The notes under the pieces were generated by a model. The model was not told where the DNA came from, ran no database searches, and worked only from the letters and a program-made list of their open reading frames with translations. From the NCBI GenBank assembly GCA_965248445.1, contig CBDFJG010000003.1, positions 1,344,001 through 1,408,000 of the forward strand: 64,000 bases of DNA. Direction: 5' to 3'. Shown piece by piece: positions 19,139-28,484 of this stretch (its first letter is position 1; the number at the start of each line of letters is the position of its first letter). This DNA is from Planctomycetota bacterium (GTDB taxonomy: Bacteria > Planctomycetota > JAJSAM01 > JAJVHW01). Both the position numbers and the translations under genes were made by a program.

Positions 19139-21951
19139 TGCGGCCTCCGGTACGCGCCGTCGGTCGGCCGTGCGGCGCGCGCGAAGTGTAGTGGCCGGCG
19201 CAGTCCGCCCGGGTACGGCCACGCGTGCGTCTTGGCAAGCCACTCCTCGAACACCCGGTACGACTCCTCGGTGTCCACCGACACGTCGCCGTACTGGTCT
19301 CCGTCGTGCGCGGTCGTGACGGTGACCTTCTGATGCCAGCAGTGCATGCCGGAGATCGGATCGGGCTGCACGGCGAACGTCAGGTTCTGATGGACGCCTC
19401 CCGAGCGCCACCACACGCGCTGTGAGTCTGGGTCGTCCGAAGCAAACGGTCCGACGTCCCCGACTCGGCGGGCCGACCACTTTCCGCCGTCCTGCTCGTC
19501 GAGCTGCACCGGGGCCGCCGCCCAGCGGTCCGTGCCCGGCGATCCCTGGAGACGCCAACGGCCCATGTGGTGCGAGCACGCGACGACGCCCGGCCGCATG
19601 CCCTCGGTGACCCAGGCGCGGTTGACGAAGTAGCCGGTGCGGGTCGCCACGCGGATCAGGTCCCCCGTCGCGACGCCGATGCGCGCTGCGTCAGTGGTCG
19701 CGATCCAGACCGGGTTGCTGTTGGAGAGCTCGTACAGCCACTTGGCGTTCGCGGAACGGGAGTGGATCAGCGTCGGCACGCGGAACGTCGGGACGAGCAC
19801 GTATTCGCCCTTGCTCACGTCCATGTGCGAGTGATGCACGTGGCTGCGGATGTAGTTGGGCACCGCCTGCTCGGCGAGGCCCCACTCGGTCATCGTCGGC
19901 GAGTAGATCTCGAGCAGGCGGGACGGCGTCGTGAAGCCCACGCGCGCAGTGCCCTCGACGTCCACGCCGAAGGGCTTCCCGTCGCGGCTCCAGATTCCCG
20001 TCGCGTCGTCGAGTAACGCGCCGCCGACGTCCACCTCGGACTCGTGTGTCTCGTAGACGTCGTGCTCGACCTCGAACGCGCCGAAGCGGCGCATGTATTC
20101 GAGCGGAGTCAGTCCCTTCGCCTCTGCCGCCGCCGGTAGCCCCGGCACGGAGTTCTCGAACAGCCAGCGGTAGTACTCCTCGACCGTGACGCGCTCGCCC
20201 GGCCGGTACGGAGACTCGAAGTGCTTGCGGATGCCGAGAGAACCGTCCGGGTCGATGGCCCAGCTCAGCGCGATCCAGAACTCGTCCTCCTCCCAGACCT
20301 CACCGGGATTGGCCTGGTACGACCACTCCACGGGCTCGCCGGCGCGCTCCTTCGCGACGCGGAGCACCGGCTGCCGGAACCCGATCCACCGGCCGGCGTG
20401 CGTCTCCTGGCTCATGATGTCGTGGCGCTCGGGCGCGAGGCCCATCGGCAAGACGTAGTCGGCCCAGACCGCGGTCTCGTTCCAGGTCGGCGTCATCGCG
20501 GCGTGCAGACCGACCTTCGACTCGTCGCGCAGCATCTCCACCCACGCGAAACCGTCCGGATTGGTCCAGACCGGGTTGTACACGCGGGCGAAGTAGGTGT
20601 CGATGCGCCCGCGTCCGCTCCGCACGAGGTGCGGCAGCAGGAACGACAGCTCGTGGTGCGACAGCGGCCACTCGGGTGGATAGAGCAGCTCGTTCCAGAC
20701 GTCCTGCGGCGGCGGCGCGTGGAACGGTTTCGCGCTGAACTTGTTCGCGCTGTGCAGCGACGTGCCGCCGCGGCTATTGACGGATCCTGTCAGGACGCAC
20801 AGGAACTGCAGGCACCGCGCGACCTGCCAGCCACCCTCGTTTCCGGACGCGGCGCTGCGCCAGACGTGCGCCGCGAGAGCGCCCTTCGCCTGGCCCACGG
20901 CGCGGCCGATCTCGCGCACCGTCGCCGCGTCGACCTTGCACTCGGCGGCGACCCACGCCGGGGTGTACTTCGCGACGTCGCTGCGCAGCGCCAGCAGGAA
21001 CGAGTCGAACGTGCGTGCGAGGCCGGGGTGGAGCGCTTCGAGGTACGCTTCCCAGTTCGTCCAGCGGCGCAGGAACTCCCGGTGCTCGAGCTCCTCTTCC
21101 AGCAGCACGTGCGCATATCCGAGCAGGAGCGCCGCTTCGGTGCCCGGGTGCGGTGCGATCCACCAATCGCTCATGGACGCGGTGTTCGAGAGGCGCACGT
21201 CCATCGTGGCGATGCGCGCACCCTTCATCTTCCCCTCGATGATGCGCTGAGCGTGTGGGTTGAAGTAGTGGCCGGTCTCCAGGTGCGACGAGATCAGCAG
21301 GATCAGCTTCGCGTTCGCGTGGTCCGGCGACGGCCGGTCGCTCCCCGACCACAGCGCGTAGCCGAGTCGCGCTGCCGCAGAGCACACGTTCGTGTGACTG
21401 TTGTGTCCGTCAATGCCCCACGACTGCAGGACCCGATTGGTGAACCCGTCGTGGCCGGGGCGGCCGACGTGGTACATGACCTCGGTCCGGCGGTCCTCGA
21501 GGAGCGCCTTGCGGATGCGCGTGGCGAACGTCTCGATGACCTCGTCCCAAGTGGTGCGCTCGAATTTGCCCGTGCCGCGCGGCCCGACCCGCTTGAGCGG
21601 ATAGAGGATGCGCCGCGGATCGTCCACCTGGTTGATCGTGGCAGGTCCCTTGGCGCAGTTCCGTCCGCGTGAACCGGGGTGATACGGGTTGCCCTCGAGC
21701 CGGCGGATTCGGCCGGTCTCCTTGCTGACGTACGCGACCAGCCCGCAGCCCGCCTCGCAGTTGAAGCAGATCGTCGGGATGAGTTGATAGCGGCGCTCGA
21801 CCTTGCGCGGCCAGGCCTTGGCGTCGTACTCGACCCAGTCGTCCCACTGCTCCGGCGGCGGGAAGGACGCGAGTGGTGTCGTCTGCCACGGCTTACCGGA
21901 CGGCGCGATGTCGCCCCCGGAGGCATGAGCAGAGGGGTCTTGGGGCGTCAC
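19135..21951 (-). CDS. Molybdopterin oxidoreductase catalytic subunit (Psr/Phs-like, DMSOR family)
   Basis: TICFNCEAGCG...NCAKG FS0 motif; HTNVCS; WADYVLP; C-terminal molybdopterin-dinucleotide-binding domain. Confidence 0.9.
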   Translation of the reverse strand: MTPQDPSAHASGGDIAPSGKPWQTTPLASFPPPEQWDDWVEYDAKAWPRKVERRYQLIPTICFNCEAGCGLVAYVSKETGRIRRLEGNPYHPGSRGRNCAKGPATINQVDDPRRILYPLKRVGPRGTGKFERTTWDEVIETFATRIRKALLEDRRTEVMYHVGRPGHDGFTNRVLQSWGIDGHNSHTNVCSAAARLGYALWSGSDRPSPDHANAKLILLISSHLETGHYFNPHAQRIIEGKMKGARIATMDVRLSNTASMSDWWIAPHPGTEAALLLGYAHVLLEEELEHREFLRRWTNWEAYLEALHPGLARTFDSFLLALRSDVAKYTPAWVAAECKVDAATVREIGRAVGQAKGALAAHVWRSAASGNEGGWQVARCLQFLCVLTGSVNSRGGTSLHSANKFSAKPFHAPPPQDVWNELLYPPEWPLSHHELSFLLPHLVRSGRGRIDTYFARVYNPVWTNPDGFAWVEMLRDESKVGLHAAMTPTWNETAVWADYVLPMGLAPERHDIMSQETHAGRWIGFRQPVLRVAKERAGEPVEWSYQANPGEVWEEDEFWIALSWAIDPDGSLGIRKHFESPYRPGERVTVEEYYRWLFENSVPGLPAAAEAKGLTPLEYMRRFGAFEVEHDVYETHESEVDVGGALLDDATGIWSRDGKPFGVDVEGTARVGFTTPSRLLEIYSPTMTEWGLAEQAVPNYIRSHVHHSHMDVSKGEYVLVPTFRVPTLIHSRSANAKWLYELSNSNPVWIATTDAARIGVATGDLIRVATRTGYFVNRAWVTEGMRPGVVACSHHMGRWRLQGSPGTDRWAAAPVQLDEQDGGKWSARRVGDVGPFASDDPDSQRVWWRSGGVHQNLTFAVQPDPISGMHCWHQKVTVTTAHDGDQYGDVSVDTEESYRVFEEWLAKTHAWPYPGGLRRPLHFARAARPTDGAYRRPQ

Positions 21952-23474
21952 GAGTTCGGTACCGCCTGCCCGGACTCGATCCAGGCCTTGTCCCGCACGA
22001 ACTGCCCGGCGGCGGTCGCGGCGAGAGCGATCGCCGCGAGCGGCAGGATGAACGCACCGCCGAGGGCGCCGGCGATCAGTAGCAGGGCCGAGGATGCGAG
22101 TCCAGCCAGCGCCTCGCGGCGCGGGCCGTCGGTCGCCATGAAGATCTTGTGCGCGCGCAAGAGATCGCCCTCGCGTTGCTTTCCGCCGAACTCGAGCACC
22201 AGCAGTGCGACCAGCAGGACGACGTACACGGCGCCGAGCGTCATGACCGCACGCCCGGACGACGCCAGCACCGCGGCGATCGCGACGCCGAGCGTGGCCG
22301 CCCGCAGCACGAGTTGCATGAACGTGCCGGACTCGGTCCACAGGTCGCGTCCCTTGCACTGGGCAAAGAGCCATGCGCTGTACCCGGAGGCCAGAATCGC
22401 CGCGGGGATGTTCACGTAGCGCAGCACGTCGGAGTACGAGTACTGCTCGAACAGCCGCAGGACAAGCGACGCGACCGTGAACAGCGCGAACACGTTCAGT
22501 ACCCACGCTCCCCGCACGAGCCACGACTTCGTGTTCGGCGAGAACAGCAGCCGCAGGAATCGCTCCGGCCGGCCGAGGTCGTGCACCAGCAGGAACAACG
22601 TGATGCCGAGGAAGACGAGCGACGCGATCTCGGGTGCGAGATCCTGCCACGTGCCCGTGGCAACTCCGGCGAGCGCGACGACGGGCGCTGCGAGCATCGC
22701 CCCCGCCGACATGTTCTTCGTCAACAGGTACGTCCAAATGTGCCATCCCCACACGGGCGGGTGCGCGACATCGAGGGCATTCACGAGGTCACGGGGCGGC
22801 TCGAAGCCCTCCGGCACCGGCGGTGGCTGTGTCGCGCGATCCGACCAGAGGAAACCGCTCGGCTCCTCGCGGGCCGTGCCCGGCTGGAGCGACTCGGGCA
22901 GCGCATCCACGTAGTAGACGCGCGGCTTCGTCCCCTTCTCGACCTTGCGGCGGGACGTCGGCTGGAGCTGGATGAGCTGCGAGATCTCGCTCTCGGGGTC
23001 GGACAGGTCGCCCGGGATGATCGCCCTCTCGGGGCAGACGACCACGCAGGCCGGCTCGAGGCCCCGTTCGGTCCGGTGCGCGCAGTAGTGGCACTTCTCG
23101 GCCGTGCCGGTGTCCTCGTTCAGGTAGAGGGCGTCGTAGGGGCACGCCTGCATGCAGGCGCGGCAACCGATGCACGCATCCCGGTCGAGGTCCACGATCG
23201 CGTCCGGCCGCTTCTTGAGCGCGTTGACCGGGCAAATCGTGACGCACGGCGCATCGTCGCAGTGGTTGCAGCGCAGCACCGTGAAGTGGCGCTTCACATC
23301 GGGGAACGTGCCCTTGTCCGTGTACTTGACCCAGGTGCGGAACTGCCCCACCGGGACCTCGTTCTCGGCCTTGCAAGCGACCGTGCACGCGTGGCAGCCG
23401 ATGCACTTGCGCTGGTCGATGGCGAAGCCGTACTGAGGTACGTGCCCGTTGGTCCCACTCTCTTGCCCTTCCAT
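21948..23474 (-). CDS. 4Fe-4S dicluster protein fused to NrfD/PsrC-type membrane anchor
   Basis: CIGCHACTVAC, CNHCDDAPCVTICP, CIGCRACMQACP, KCHYC..PACVVVCP; then DLGRPERF and TM helices. Confidence 0.9.
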   Translation of the reverse strand: MEGQESGTNGHVPQYGFAIDQRKCIGCHACTVACKAENEVPVGQFRTWVKYTDKGTFPDVKRHFTVLRCNHCDDAPCVTICPVNALKKRPDAIVDLDRDACIGCRACMQACPYDALYLNEDTGTAEKCHYCAHRTERGLEPACVVVCPERAIIPGDLSDPESEISQLIQLQPTSRRKVEKGTKPRVYYVDALPESLQPGTAREEPSGFLWSDRATQPPPVPEGFEPPRDLVNALDVAHPPVWGWHIWTYLLTKNMSAGAMLAAPVVALAGVATGTWQDLAPEIASLVFLGITLFLLVHDLGRPERFLRLLFSPNTKSWLVRGAWVLNVFALFTVASLVLRLFEQYSYSDVLRYVNIPAAILASGYSAWLFAQCKGRDLWTESGTFMQLVLRAATLGVAIAAVLASSGRAVMTLGAVYVVLLVALLVLEFGGKQREGDLLRAHKIFMATDGPRREALAGLASSALLLIAGALGGAFILPLAAIALAATAAGQFVRDKAWIESGQAVPNS

Positions 23475-23511
23475 GCGGCGGGTACCCTACCCCGGTCCCT
23501 CAGGGGCCGCC

Positions 23512-24426
23512 ATGTCAGCGACACGGGAAACTCAGAACGCCGCAGCCCCTTCCGGAGAGCCGTCGACCGGAGAGCAGACTTCGCATGGAAGACGCTTCGT
23601 GAAGTTCCTGATTGTCACGTTGTTGCTCGTCGAGGTCGTGCTGCCGCTCGTGATGTACGCGTTCCGCGACCGGCTCATGTTCTTCCCCTCGGTCCGCCCC
23701 ACGCCGGCGGAGAGGCTGGGCGACTTCCGCACCGCCGAGGCGGTGGTCGTCGACGTGACGCGGCCCGACGGACGGCGCCTCGCGTGTTACGACGTCCGCC
23801 CGCCTCAGAACGAGGGCGAGGGCGTGCTGCTGTTCCTGCACGGCAACGCGGGGAACGCCGCACTCCGCGCGGACCTGATCGACTGGCTCGCCGAAAAGGC
23901 GCGCGTCCGGGTGTTCCTGCTCGAATACTCGGGCTTCGGCGGCAATCCCGGGAAACCGACGTCCGACGAGATCGTCACGGACTCGCTGGCGGCCTTCGAC
24001 CACCTGGTGGCGAGCGGCGTCGAGCCCGGCCGGATCGTGCTCTACGGCGAGAGCGTCGGCGGCGCGGCCGCGGTACGTGTAGCGACGGAACGCTCCCCCG
24101 CCGGGTTGATCACGCAGTCGACGTTCTCGTCCGTCTCGCGGGTTGCGCGTCGCCACTACGGCTGGTTGCCGCTGGCGTGGATTCTGACCCGCGGCGAACT
24201 CGACAACGCGGCCCTGGCACCGTCCGTCGAGTGCCCGTGGCTGATCGTCCACGGCACGGCCGACCGCATCGTCCCGTTCAAGGAGTCGGAGATCCTCAGC
24301 AAGGCAGCGCCCGCCGCCGAGGTGCTGCCGATCGAGCTAGCCGGACACAACGACCTGTTCCGCACCGGGGGCGCGGACTACGTCCGCGAGATCGGGGATC
24401 GGGTGAGGAGTTGGACCGGCCGATGA
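23512..24426 (+). CDS. Alpha/beta hydrolase (BEM46/ABHD13-like)
   Basis: FLHGNAGN, EYSGFG, GESVGG, HGTADRIVP, GHNDL. Confidence 0.88.
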   Translation: MSATRETQNAAAPSGEPSTGEQTSHGRRFVKFLIVTLLLVEVVLPLVMYAFRDRLMFFPSVRPTPAERLGDFRTAEAVVVDVTRPDGRRLACYDVRPPQNEGEGVLLFLHGNAGNAALRADLIDWLAEKARVRVFLLEYSGFGGNPGKPTSDEIVTDSLAAFDHLVASGVEPGRIVLYGESVGGAAAVRVATERSPAGLITQSTFSSVSRVARRHYGWLPLAWILTRGELDNAALAPSVECPWLIVHGTADRIVPFKESEILSKAAPAAEVLPIELAGHNDLFRTGGADYVREIGDRVRSWTGR

Positions 24427-24758
24427 CCGGCAGAGATTCCGTTCAGGTCGAAACGCAAGCACGTGCAGGGATCGTGAGTGTCGCTCGCCAATTCCTAGAC
24501 GGGCAGATGCAGGTCCTCGAGGGCGCGAGGCGGATCTGTCTGCTCCGACACGATCTGGCAGATCCGGAGTGGCGCGCACGCGATCCGATCCGTGCGGTCG
24601 ACTCCGAGCTGGATTGCTTTCCGGTCGGCGGCGTCCGAGGGCACTTCGCTCTCGGGGCTCTCGATCGACTGGACGCAGAGCTGGAGGAGCAGTTGGTGGC
24701 AGGAGCGCGGGAGGACGTCTTGCGGGCCCGCCGCGCGATCGTCGATGCATGGGCATGA
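24423..24758 (+). CDS. DUF2489-like small protein
   Basis: ARQFLDG...EGARRI...DSELDCFPVG..R...AL..LD pattern; ATGA overlap. Confidence 0.55.
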   Translation: MTGRDSVQVETQARAGIVSVARQFLDGQMQVLEGARRICLLRHDLADPEWRARDPIRAVDSELDCFPVGGVRGHFALGALDRLDAELEEQLVAGAREDVLRARRAIVDAWA

Positions 24759-24785
24759 TCGGCTGACGCTGCGATCGCACGGTTC

Positions 24786-24813
24786 GCGGGCTGGCGCAGC
24801 GGCCCGCCCCTAC
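24786..24813 (-). repeat. GTAG-type REP element
   Basis: gcgggctggcgcagcggcccgcccctac, nearly identical to the 5097 copy. Confidence 0.7.
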
Positions 24814-25007
24814 AGGGGGATGTGTGTACGCACATCAGAGTCGCGAGGGCGCGTCGGTTGCGAAGCAAGCGGCGTGACCGCAGTCCTCCGTAGCGACCGG
24901 AGGTCGCGCAGGAGGGAGACAATATCGCGCCGAAGGCGCGCGGGTCGTGGCGCGAGGATCGCCACGCGATCCGAGTGCAACGACATGCGTGAGTACGTCA
25001 AGCGGAA

Positions 25008-26501
25008 CTAATAGTTCCGCAACACGTACTCACGCCACTGCTTATCGATCTCCTCGCACCCGTCACCCCACCACGCTTCGAGAATGCCGACGTGCTTGTC
25101 CTGCCCGCCGAGTTCGCCGACCAGCTCGATGAACTTGTCGCGATCCGTGTCCATCATCCACGAGATGATGCTCCAGGACTTGACGGTGGCTTCGAACTCC
25201 AGCTCCTCGACCGGCTTCAGCACCAGCTCACGCAGCTCGATGTCGGCCTTGCTCTTCACAAGTTCGAGGACATTGGGCTTCCAGTTCGAGGCGTCGTTCC
25301 AGTCCTTGATCCCGCCCGACGCCGTCTCCTTCCCATAGCGCGCGTCCTTCTTGATCCCCACGCAGTGCGTGCGGCAGGTCTCCTGCACCTTGACGGAGTA
25401 GTAGTAGGCGAGGCCCTCGTTGATCCACGCGCCGCCCTGGATGTTCAGCACCTTGAGATTCAGCATGTGCACGAGGGTGTGGACAGCGCCGTCCTTTCGC
25501 AGGACCTGATCGCTGCCGGCACCCAGCTTCTTGCCGTACTGGAGTCCCACGTGCGAACCGAAGCCACTGTTCTTCAGTGCGAACTCGCCACCGCCGAACG
25601 CATCGACCCACTTCTTCCACTGGTCGCCTTCCTCCATGAAGACGAGGCGCGCCTTCTTGCCGCCGAAGAAGTCATCGGTGGGATCGCGCCCCAGGTCCGC
25701 GAGATAGAGCGCGTACGCCATCTCGGACGTCTCCGCTATCTCCTTCACATCGGCGAGATCGAGCACGCCCTCGATGCGGATGTGCGTCGTCTCGGCCTTG
25801 ACGAGCTTGACACCGAACTCCGTGTCCCAGCGCGACTCCTCCTTGAGTTCGGTGCTCTTCCCGGCGTCCTTGATCGCCTTCTCCTGTGCCCCGGTGATCC
25901 AGACCTTGCCCATCTTCTTGTAGCCAAGCCCCTTGCGCGCGGCGGAGTTCTCGGGGTCGAGGCGCAGGGCGTACTCGTAGCCCTTGTTGGCCTGGAGTGG
26001 GAAGCCCTTCTTCGCGCAGACCGCCCCGAGCTTCACGTACCTCGCGGCGACGAACTTGTTGGCCTTTGCCAGTACCTCTTCCTTCCACTTCTCGACGCGC
26101 TTGTTGAAGCTCTCCACGCCCTCCTGAACGCCGTTCGCGCCGCCACGCACGTTGTTCTTCTTGAGCTTCGCGGCAGCCTCCTCGTCGAGCACCCACTTCT
26201 TGCCGCTCTTGACGTAGCCAAGGTGCTCTCGGGCATCCGCCTGTCTCGGATCGAACTTGATCGCGCGTTGCGCCTGCTCATACGCGTACTGCCAGAAGCC
26301 ACTGCGCTTGGCCTTCTCCGCCGCCTCCCAGACCTTGTTGCCGGCGGTCTTCAGGATCTTCCTCGCCTCCGCCGCGTAGAGCCGGAAGCCGGGGTCCGAC
26401 GGCGCGTCCTGCGCCAGCGCCTGTCGCGGGACGGCCGACGGGACAAAGACGAACAGCGCCATTGCCAGTGCGAGAGTCCGGGCCAATGTTCTCATCATCA
26501 C
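25008..26501 (-). CDS. Secreted protein with TPR-like N-region and DUF1570/peptidase-MA-like domain
   Basis: Signal peptide; ARxxLGY repeats; AVHTLVHML...WINEGLAYY. Confidence 0.7.
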   Translation of the reverse strand: MMMRTLARTLALAMALFVFVPSAVPRQALAQDAPSDPGFRLYAAEARKILKTAGNKVWEAAEKAKRSGFWQYAYEQAQRAIKFDPRQADAREHLGYVKSGKKWVLDEEAAAKLKKNNVRGGANGVQEGVESFNKRVEKWKEEVLAKANKFVAARYVKLGAVCAKKGFPLQANKGYEYALRLDPENSAARKGLGYKKMGKVWITGAQEKAIKDAGKSTELKEESRWDTEFGVKLVKAETTHIRIEGVLDLADVKEIAETSEMAYALYLADLGRDPTDDFFGGKKARLVFMEEGDQWKKWVDAFGGGEFALKNSGFGSHVGLQYGKKLGAGSDQVLRKDGAVHTLVHMLNLKVLNIQGGAWINEGLAYYYSVKVQETCRTHCVGIKKDARYGKETASGGIKDWNDASNWKPNVLELVKSKADIELRELVLKPVEELEFEATVKSWSIISWMMDTDRDKFIELVGELGGQDKHVGILEAWWGDGCEEIDKQWREYVLRNY

Positions 26502-26540
26502 TCTCTCCGACGTCTCTGGGTCGCCAACCGGTTCCGCCCT

Positions 26541-27107
26541 CTATTCTGCGACGGGATGCCCAGCTCTGTGCACGGCATCCCGCACGGCGGCCTTCGTGAG
26601 GCCGAGTTCAGCAGCGCGATCGAGGGCGTCGTGAAGCTCCACGTCGCGGTGGCGCACCAGGTAGAGGGCGTAGACACCCGCGGCGCGCTGACCCGACGCG
26701 CAGTGGATCAGGACCGGCCGGCCGTCTCCTGAGTCGAGCACTCCGGCCAGTTCGTCCGCCGACGCCGGCGTCACGTTCGGTCCCGCGATCGGAACGTGTA
26801 CGTGCCGCATTCCGAGTACCGAGACGAGGAGCGCCTCCCCTGCCGCGCCCTCGTCCACCGTGAGCAGGTTGACAACGGTGGCGTACCCCGCCTCCTGCGC
26901 AGCGCGGAACTCCTCGTCGTCCGGCCGACCGGACAACGCCACTCCCGGCTCGGCGATGGTGAACCCCTCGACGGCGAGATGAGGAGTCGCCGGATCGGAC
27001 GCGACGAACTGCCCCCCCTCGTCGGAACTCGCGCACGAGACCGTCGTCGAGACCGTCACGAGGACGGCGCAGACCAAGACAGCCACCGACTGGAATGCTG
27101 GGAGCAT
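26541..27107 (-). CDS. Protein-tyrosine-phosphatase-like / sulfur transferase (DUF442) lipoprotein
   Basis: PVLIHCASGQRA CX5R motif; TVVNL; N-terminal lipoprotein-like signal. Confidence 0.8.
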   Translation of the reverse strand: MLPAFQSVAVLVCAVLVTVSTTVSCASSDEGGQFVASDPATPHLAVEGFTIAEPGVALSGRPDDEEFRAAQEAGYATVVNLLTVDEGAAGEALLVSVLGMRHVHVPIAGPNVTPASADELAGVLDSGDGRPVLIHCASGQRAAGVYALYLVRHRDVELHDALDRAAELGLTKAAVRDAVHRAGHPVAE

Positions 27108-27111
27108 CCAG

Positions 27112-28326
27112 TCAGCCTATCCCGCCCGACCCCGCGCCCGGAAGCGCCGACCACGGGAGCACGGCGTGGAGGCCGGGATCGCCCTCGGCGCCCCACCGTG
27201 CGACCCAGGCGCGTAACCATCCCTCGGGATCCTGTTCGGGACGCGGGCCGTCGTGATCGCGGACGCGCAGGACACCGGGACGATCGCCGAGCCGGCTGAG
27301 CCGGCCTTCGGAGGCGCCCTGCAAGAGTGCGAACCGTCCGATCGTCGCGCGGTGGAACGCCTCGACCGCTGTGAGCTCGGCGTGCCCCCGGTGTATCTCC
27401 AGCGCGGCGGCGATGACGTCGAGCAGACAGGGTTCGCTCGCCGCGCCGACGTCGCTGCCGAGCACCCAGCGCACGCCCGCGCGCCGCAGCCGCTCGAGGG
27501 GCATGCGTCCGGAGCCCAGAGCCACATTGCTCGTCGGACAGTGCACGGCGATCGCGCTGCGGCGAGCGATGCGGTCTAGCTCATCGTCGCTGACGTGGAT
27601 GACGTGTCCGAGAAGTGTGCGGGGACCGACCAGCCCAGCGCGTTCGTACACGCTCGTGTAGTCGGGTGCGTCCGGGAACCGGCTGGCGACGACCTCGCAC
27701 TCGCGCTCCGTCTCGGCCAGATGGGTCTGCACGACGAGGTCCCTGCGCGCGGCGAGTGTGCCGAGGGCGGCGAGCGTTGGTTCCCCGCACGAGATCGCGA
27801 AGCGCGGTGTCACGACAACGCGGCGGCCGTGCACGTCGGCCGACGCCGCGATCTCGTCCAGCGCATCCTCCGGCGGTCTGCGCAGGGACGCCGGCGGGCC
27901 CGCGGTCATGACCGCCGCACCGCAGACGAACCCACCGGGCGCGGCATCGAGGAACGCGCGCACCGTCGCGTCGTGCGGGCTGCCGTACGCGGCTCCCGCC
28001 AGCGTCCCCGCCGCCCTGAGCGCCGACACGGCGCGCGGCGCGGCGTCGCGGGCGGCCCGCGGGTCCGCGAAGCGCTCCTCGGTCGGCCACGCGACCTGGG
28101 CCAGCCACTCCAGCAACGGACGGCCGGCCGCTGCGGGCATGCCGAGTTGCACCCAATGGAAGTGCCAGTCGGCGAACGCAGGCACCAGCACGCCATCCAC
28201 AGGATCCGGATCGCCGCGCACCGGTGCTCGTGGCGCTGCGAGCCCGGGCTCGACGACCGCGTCGGCGGACCCGTGCACCTCCGAGGGGGACAGCGGCCAG
28301 ACCACGGCACCACGGATCGCGCGCAT
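27112..28326 (-). CDS. guaD: Guanine deaminase (amidohydrolase family)
   Basis: PAFADWHFHWVQ, LLEWL..WPTE, VTPRFAISC, QTHLAE, CPTSNVALGSG, GSDVGA. Confidence 0.8.
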   Translation of the reverse strand: MRAIRGAVVWPLSPSEVHGSADAVVEPGLAAPRAPVRGDPDPVDGVLVPAFADWHFHWVQLGMPAAAGRPLLEWLAQVAWPTEERFADPRAARDAAPRAVSALRAAGTLAGAAYGSPHDATVRAFLDAAPGGFVCGAAVMTAGPPASLRRPPEDALDEIAASADVHGRRVVVTPRFAISCGEPTLAALGTLAARRDLVVQTHLAETERECEVVASRFPDAPDYTSVYERAGLVGPRTLLGHVIHVSDDELDRIARRSAIAVHCPTSNVALGSGRMPLERLRRAGVRWVLGSDVGAASEPCLLDVIAAALEIHRGHAELTAVEAFHRATIGRFALLQGASEGRLSRLGDRPGVLRVRDHDGPRPEQDPEGWLRAWVARWGAEGDPGLHAVLPWSALPGAGSGGIG

Positions 28327-28484
28327 GCAGCCGTTGTATAGCGAATCGGGTCGTCCACACGAAGCGGAGGTACCCAAGCAGACGAGCGCTCGAGCGCCTC
28401 TGACCTCGCGCGCGGAAACCCTGACCTGCCGTGGCCCCGCGGATACGCTCAGGGTTTCGCGACAGGAATAGCCCGGAGAACCAC

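Noticed and set aside
19135..22752. 1205-aa version of the molybdoenzyme
   Set aside because: Extension overlaps the FeS-NrfD gene out of frame; GTGA coupling at 21951 is the better start
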